64,000 nucleotides of DNA from Spirochaetia bacterium (GTDB lineage: Bacteria; Spirochaetota; Spirochaetia; SZUA-6; Bin103): positions 640,001 to 704,000 of the forward strand of contig OZ241863.1 in the NCBI GenBank assembly GCA_965203055.1. Direction: 5' to 3'. Positions 60,933 to 64,000 of this stretch are shown one piece after another. The notes beneath the pieces were generated by a model. The model was not told the origin of the DNA and did no database searches. It saw only the letters and a program-made list of their open reading frames with translations. Position 1 is the stretch's first letter. The number at the start of each line of letters is the position of its first letter. Made by a program: the position numbers and the translations under genes.

Positions 60933-61442
60933 CTACCAGTGCTCGTAGGCGACGATGTCCGCCAGCGCCTTGCGGCTCCGTTCCGGCGGCGGCTGGTCGG
61001 TGTAGCCGAACGCCAGCATCATCACCACGCGCATCGCGTGGGGGACGCTGAGCAGATCCTGCACCTCCTGCTCATCGAAGGTGGTCATGGCGCACGAACC
61101 GATTCCCTCGTAGGTGGCCTGCAACATCATGAACGCGGAGGCAATGCTCAGATCGACCGGATAGGAGAGCTGACCATTGGGCATCCGGTAATCGATATTC
61201 GTCGTGCAAACCGCTATGATGACGGGCGCCGTAACGATCTGTTCCGCGCCGAACGCCGCGTCGGCGAGCCGGTCACGGAGGTCCGATCTGCTCACCACGA
61301 TGAAGCGCCATTCCTGCCGATTCTTGGCCGACGGCGCCAACCGCGCAGCCTGCACGATGCGCTCGACGTGGCTGTTGCCGAGCGGTTGCGGGAGGAAGCG
61401 CTTGGCACTCCAACGCGCCGTAATTGCTGGAAGGATACTCAT
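60933..61442 (-). CDS. Nitroreductase family protein
   Basis: MSILPAITARWS.KRF, ARLAPSAKNRQEWRFIVV, EGIGSC. Confidence 0.88.
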   Translation of the reverse strand: MSILPAITARWSAKRFLPQPLGNSHVERIVQAARLAPSAKNRQEWRFIVVSRSDLRDRLADAAFGAEQIVTAPVIIAVCTTNIDYRMPNGQLSYPVDLSIASAFMMLQATYEGIGSCAMTTFDEQEVQDLLSVPHAMRVVMMLAFGYTDQPPPERSRKALADIVAYEHW

Positions 61443-61487
61443 AGTGCGTGCGGCAGGAAGCGGACCCCGACAGCATAGACGATACGA

Positions 61488-63779
61488 ATGCGCGATGCAA
61501 TAACGGCCGCCGGCGCGGTTGCGCTCGTGGTCTGCGCCCTGCTGGCGCCGGCCCCGGAGCTCGCCGCGCAGCAGCCGGACTCCGGCTGGCGCGCGGCGGT
61601 GGAGGAGGACGTGGCATACTTGTCCTCGCTGAAGCCGCCGGCGCACGGCTCCTCGGCCGAGCTGCACGCCGCCGATTACGTGCAGCGCCGCCTTACGGCG
61701 ATGGGGCTCGCTCCGCAGCTCAGCTATCTGGGCGGCGCCGGCGCCGCCCAGCCCCTCTCGGCCATCGTCGAGGCGGTCGTCCCCGGTACCCGGGAGGACG
61801 TGCTGGTGGTGGCCGTGCCCCTCGCGCCGCCGGCGCCCGCTCCCGGCGACCCGATTGGCGCCTGGCGGCGGCGGGTGGAGCCGACCGCCTCCGGGGTGGC
61901 CCCGGCGCTGGCGCTCGGCTTCGCCCGCAGCCTGGCGGGCTCGACGCAGCCGCCGCCGGTCACCGTGCGCTTCCTGTTCCTGGGCGCGGAACACGGCGCC
62001 GGCGAACCGGGCACGGCGGCCGGCAGCCGCGTGTTTCTGCAGGAGTTCCAGGCCGGCGTGCCGGTAGCGGTGCTGTATCTGGACCTGCGCGCCATTCCCA
62101 GCCACCTGGTGCCCTACGCCGGCGGCGCCGGAATCGAGTCGCCGCCGTGGCTGTTCCGGCGCGTGGTGACGGCCCTGCGCCGCGCCGGCCAGCCGCTGCG
62201 GCTGGCCGGCGCCAACACGGTTCACCTGGTGCGTCTCGGTCTGGCGCAGCAGTCGCGGCTGGCCCCGTTTCATCGAGCCGGCCACCCGGCGCTGTATCTG
62301 GCCGGCCGCTACCGGCCCGTGGACGACTCCCAACGAGACCTGTGGCTGAACCGGATGCAGGGGTTCTTCGGGCTGCTCCTGGCGTCCTTCGCCGGCGGGG
62401 TGCCCGCTGACTGGGACCGTCACTATCTGCTGTTTCATCAGCCGCGATGGACGCAGATAATCGCCGAATACGAGTACGTGATCGCGCTGCTGGCGCTGCT
62501 CGCCATGGCGGTCACCTACTGCTTCGCGGTGGCCGCGCGGCTGCGCTACTTCCTGGCTCCGCTGTGGCGCGACCTGTGGCGCGTTCCGTTGCTGGCGGCG
62601 GCCGCGTACGCGGCCATCGGCGCCGGCAGCGCGGCGGTCGGGCTGCTGTCCGAGCTGCGCGGGGTGCCTGCGCTGTGGCACGAGGCGCCTGCCTTGTTCG
62701 CGGCCCTGAAAGTGGCGGCCGCGCTCCTGGTGGCCGCCGCGCTGCGTTACCTGCGCAGTGCGCGCTGGCTGCCGCCGCCGCGGCCCGCGGTTGCCAGATT
62801 CGACTGGGCGGCCGCGGTGGTCCTGCTGGCGGCGCTCATCGGCGCCGCGGCGGCGGTCAACGTGGCGCTGACCTTTCCGCTGGTGTGGGCGCTGCTCTGC
62901 GCCTTCCTGGCGACCACTTCCCGCGACCGCTGGGTCAGATTCATCTGCATCCTGCCGGCGCCGTTCTGGATCGTTGCCGCGGCCGGCGGTCTGCTGGCCT
63001 TGCCGGCGCTGCCGTTCGTGGAGTCGGTGCTGTTCGCCTCCCCGGCCGGCGACCTGCTGACGGCCGCGGTGGCGCTGCCGTTCATCCTGCTCTGGCGCGG
63101 CGGAACGGCCGGCTTGCGGGGGCAGGATCGAAGGCGCCCGCTCTCCCGCCGGCGGACCGCGCTGCACGCCTGGACCGGGGCGCTGGCCGTGCTGTTCTGC
63201 GCCGGCTCCCTGTACGCCCTCACCATGAATCCGTACGGCGCGGGCGCCAGTCAGCCGCTTGCCGCGCGCGCCGTCGTCGATCTCGATACCGGCCGCAGCA
63301 ACCTGCACCTGTCGAGTCCGGGACCGATCGGCGCGGTAGCGATAGACATCGCCGGCGAGGAACGGTCGGTGACCACCCGGCAGCGGCAGTTCACCGTGCC
63401 GGCGCCGACGCTGACCGGACTGATGACCGTCACCGAGTCGGCGGAGACCTACCGCGACCGCCATACCGTAGCGCTCGGCCTGGCCCCGGCCGGTCAGCCC
63501 CGCGAGCTGCGCCTCACCCTGGAGTCGGATGACGAGTTCACGCTGCTCGGCGCCAGCCACCGGTTCCACAAGCTGGACCAGGGCAGCTACCGCCTCCTGA
63601 TCGGCCCCGCGCCACCCAATCCGCTGGCCCTGAACCTGACCGTGCCCCGCAACCTGAAGTTGGTGCTTCGCTACGAGTTGGAGTACGACCGGGCGCCCGT
63701 GCCGGTCACCGTCGCGGCGGGTGACATGACCGTGCTCACCTCCACCCAGGTGCGCGGCTCGATCCCCATCTCGAGCTGA
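61488..63779 (+). CDS. Polytopic membrane protein with a degenerate M28-peptidase-like N-terminal domain
   Basis: Signal peptide, FLFLGAE, VLYLDL, about 8-10 TM segments, soluble C-terminal domain. Confidence 0.6.
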   Translation: MRDAITAAGAVALVVCALLAPAPELAAQQPDSGWRAAVEEDVAYLSSLKPPAHGSSAELHAADYVQRRLTAMGLAPQLSYLGGAGAAQPLSAIVEAVVPGTREDVLVVAVPLAPPAPAPGDPIGAWRRRVEPTASGVAPALALGFARSLAGSTQPPPVTVRFLFLGAEHGAGEPGTAAGSRVFLQEFQAGVPVAVLYLDLRAIPSHLVPYAGGAGIESPPWLFRRVVTALRRAGQPLRLAGANTVHLVRLGLAQQSRLAPFHRAGHPALYLAGRYRPVDDSQRDLWLNRMQGFFGLLLASFAGGVPADWDRHYLLFHQPRWTQIIAEYEYVIALLALLAMAVTYCFAVAARLRYFLAPLWRDLWRVPLLAAAAYAAIGAGSAAVGLLSELRGVPALWHEAPALFAALKVAAALLVAAALRYLRSARWLPPPRPAVARFDWAAAVVLLAALIGAAAAVNVALTFPLVWALLCAFLATTSRDRWVRFICILPAPFWIVAAAGGLLALPALPFVESVLFASPAGDLLTAAVALPFILLWRGGTAGLRGQDRRRPLSRRRTALHAWTGALAVLFCAGSLYALTMNPYGAGASQPLAARAVVDLDTGRSNLHLSSPGPIGAVAIDIAGEERSVTTRQRQFTVPAPTLTGLMTVTESAETYRDRHTVALGLAPAGQPRELRLTLESDDEFTLLGASHRFHKLDQGSYRLLIGPAPPNPLALNLTVPRNLKLVLRYELEYDRAPVPVTVAAGDMTVLTSTQVRGSIPISS

Positions 63780-63826
63780 CGCCGTTGACCCTGCCATCCA
63801 AGCGGCTCGGTTTGGCGCTACACTGA

Positions 63827-64000
<174 letters not shown>

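Overview
64-kb window of a very GC-rich bacterial chromosome. It is probably a Spirochaetota member, possibly host-associated. This is an inference from the spirochete-style solute-binding protein signal, the DEAD-helicase tail EERLAYYREKYG, a FliG1-like gene and the M28-like/ligA adjacency. Most of the window is housekeeping and catabolism: two ABC importers, GH78 rhamnosidase, tpx, two PhyH dioxygenases, a sulfatase-like enzyme, a hydantoinase pair, pyrD, DEAD helicase, folD-fchA, ilvBN, leuS, polA, aroC, a KamA-family radical SAM enzyme, leuA, asnS, hisB and the start of ligA. Two accessory patches carry defence-type genes. Patch 1 (16.2-23.3 kb) holds an orphan PglX-like methyltransferase, a frameshifted 2-TM gene coupled to an unannotated 47-aa proline-rich ORF, higBA and a truncated AAA ATPase. 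Patch 2 (48-56.6 kb) holds an SDH/ClpP-fold protease plus an 80-aa ORF, an IS1380 relic, DUF262+HEPN, an orphan Mod-like methyltransferase and an Rpn nuclease. Three observations stand out. A decayed copy of the Rpn internal-start region with a near-consensus promoter sits directly upstream of the protease module, so patch 2 is bracketed by Rpn-derived direct repeats. A complete leucine-sensing transcription attenuator lies upstream of leuA. A membrane protein carries an Rpn-like repeat tail with its own internal start. No rRNA, tRNA or CRISPR array was seen. All family assignments are motif-based and were made by eye.
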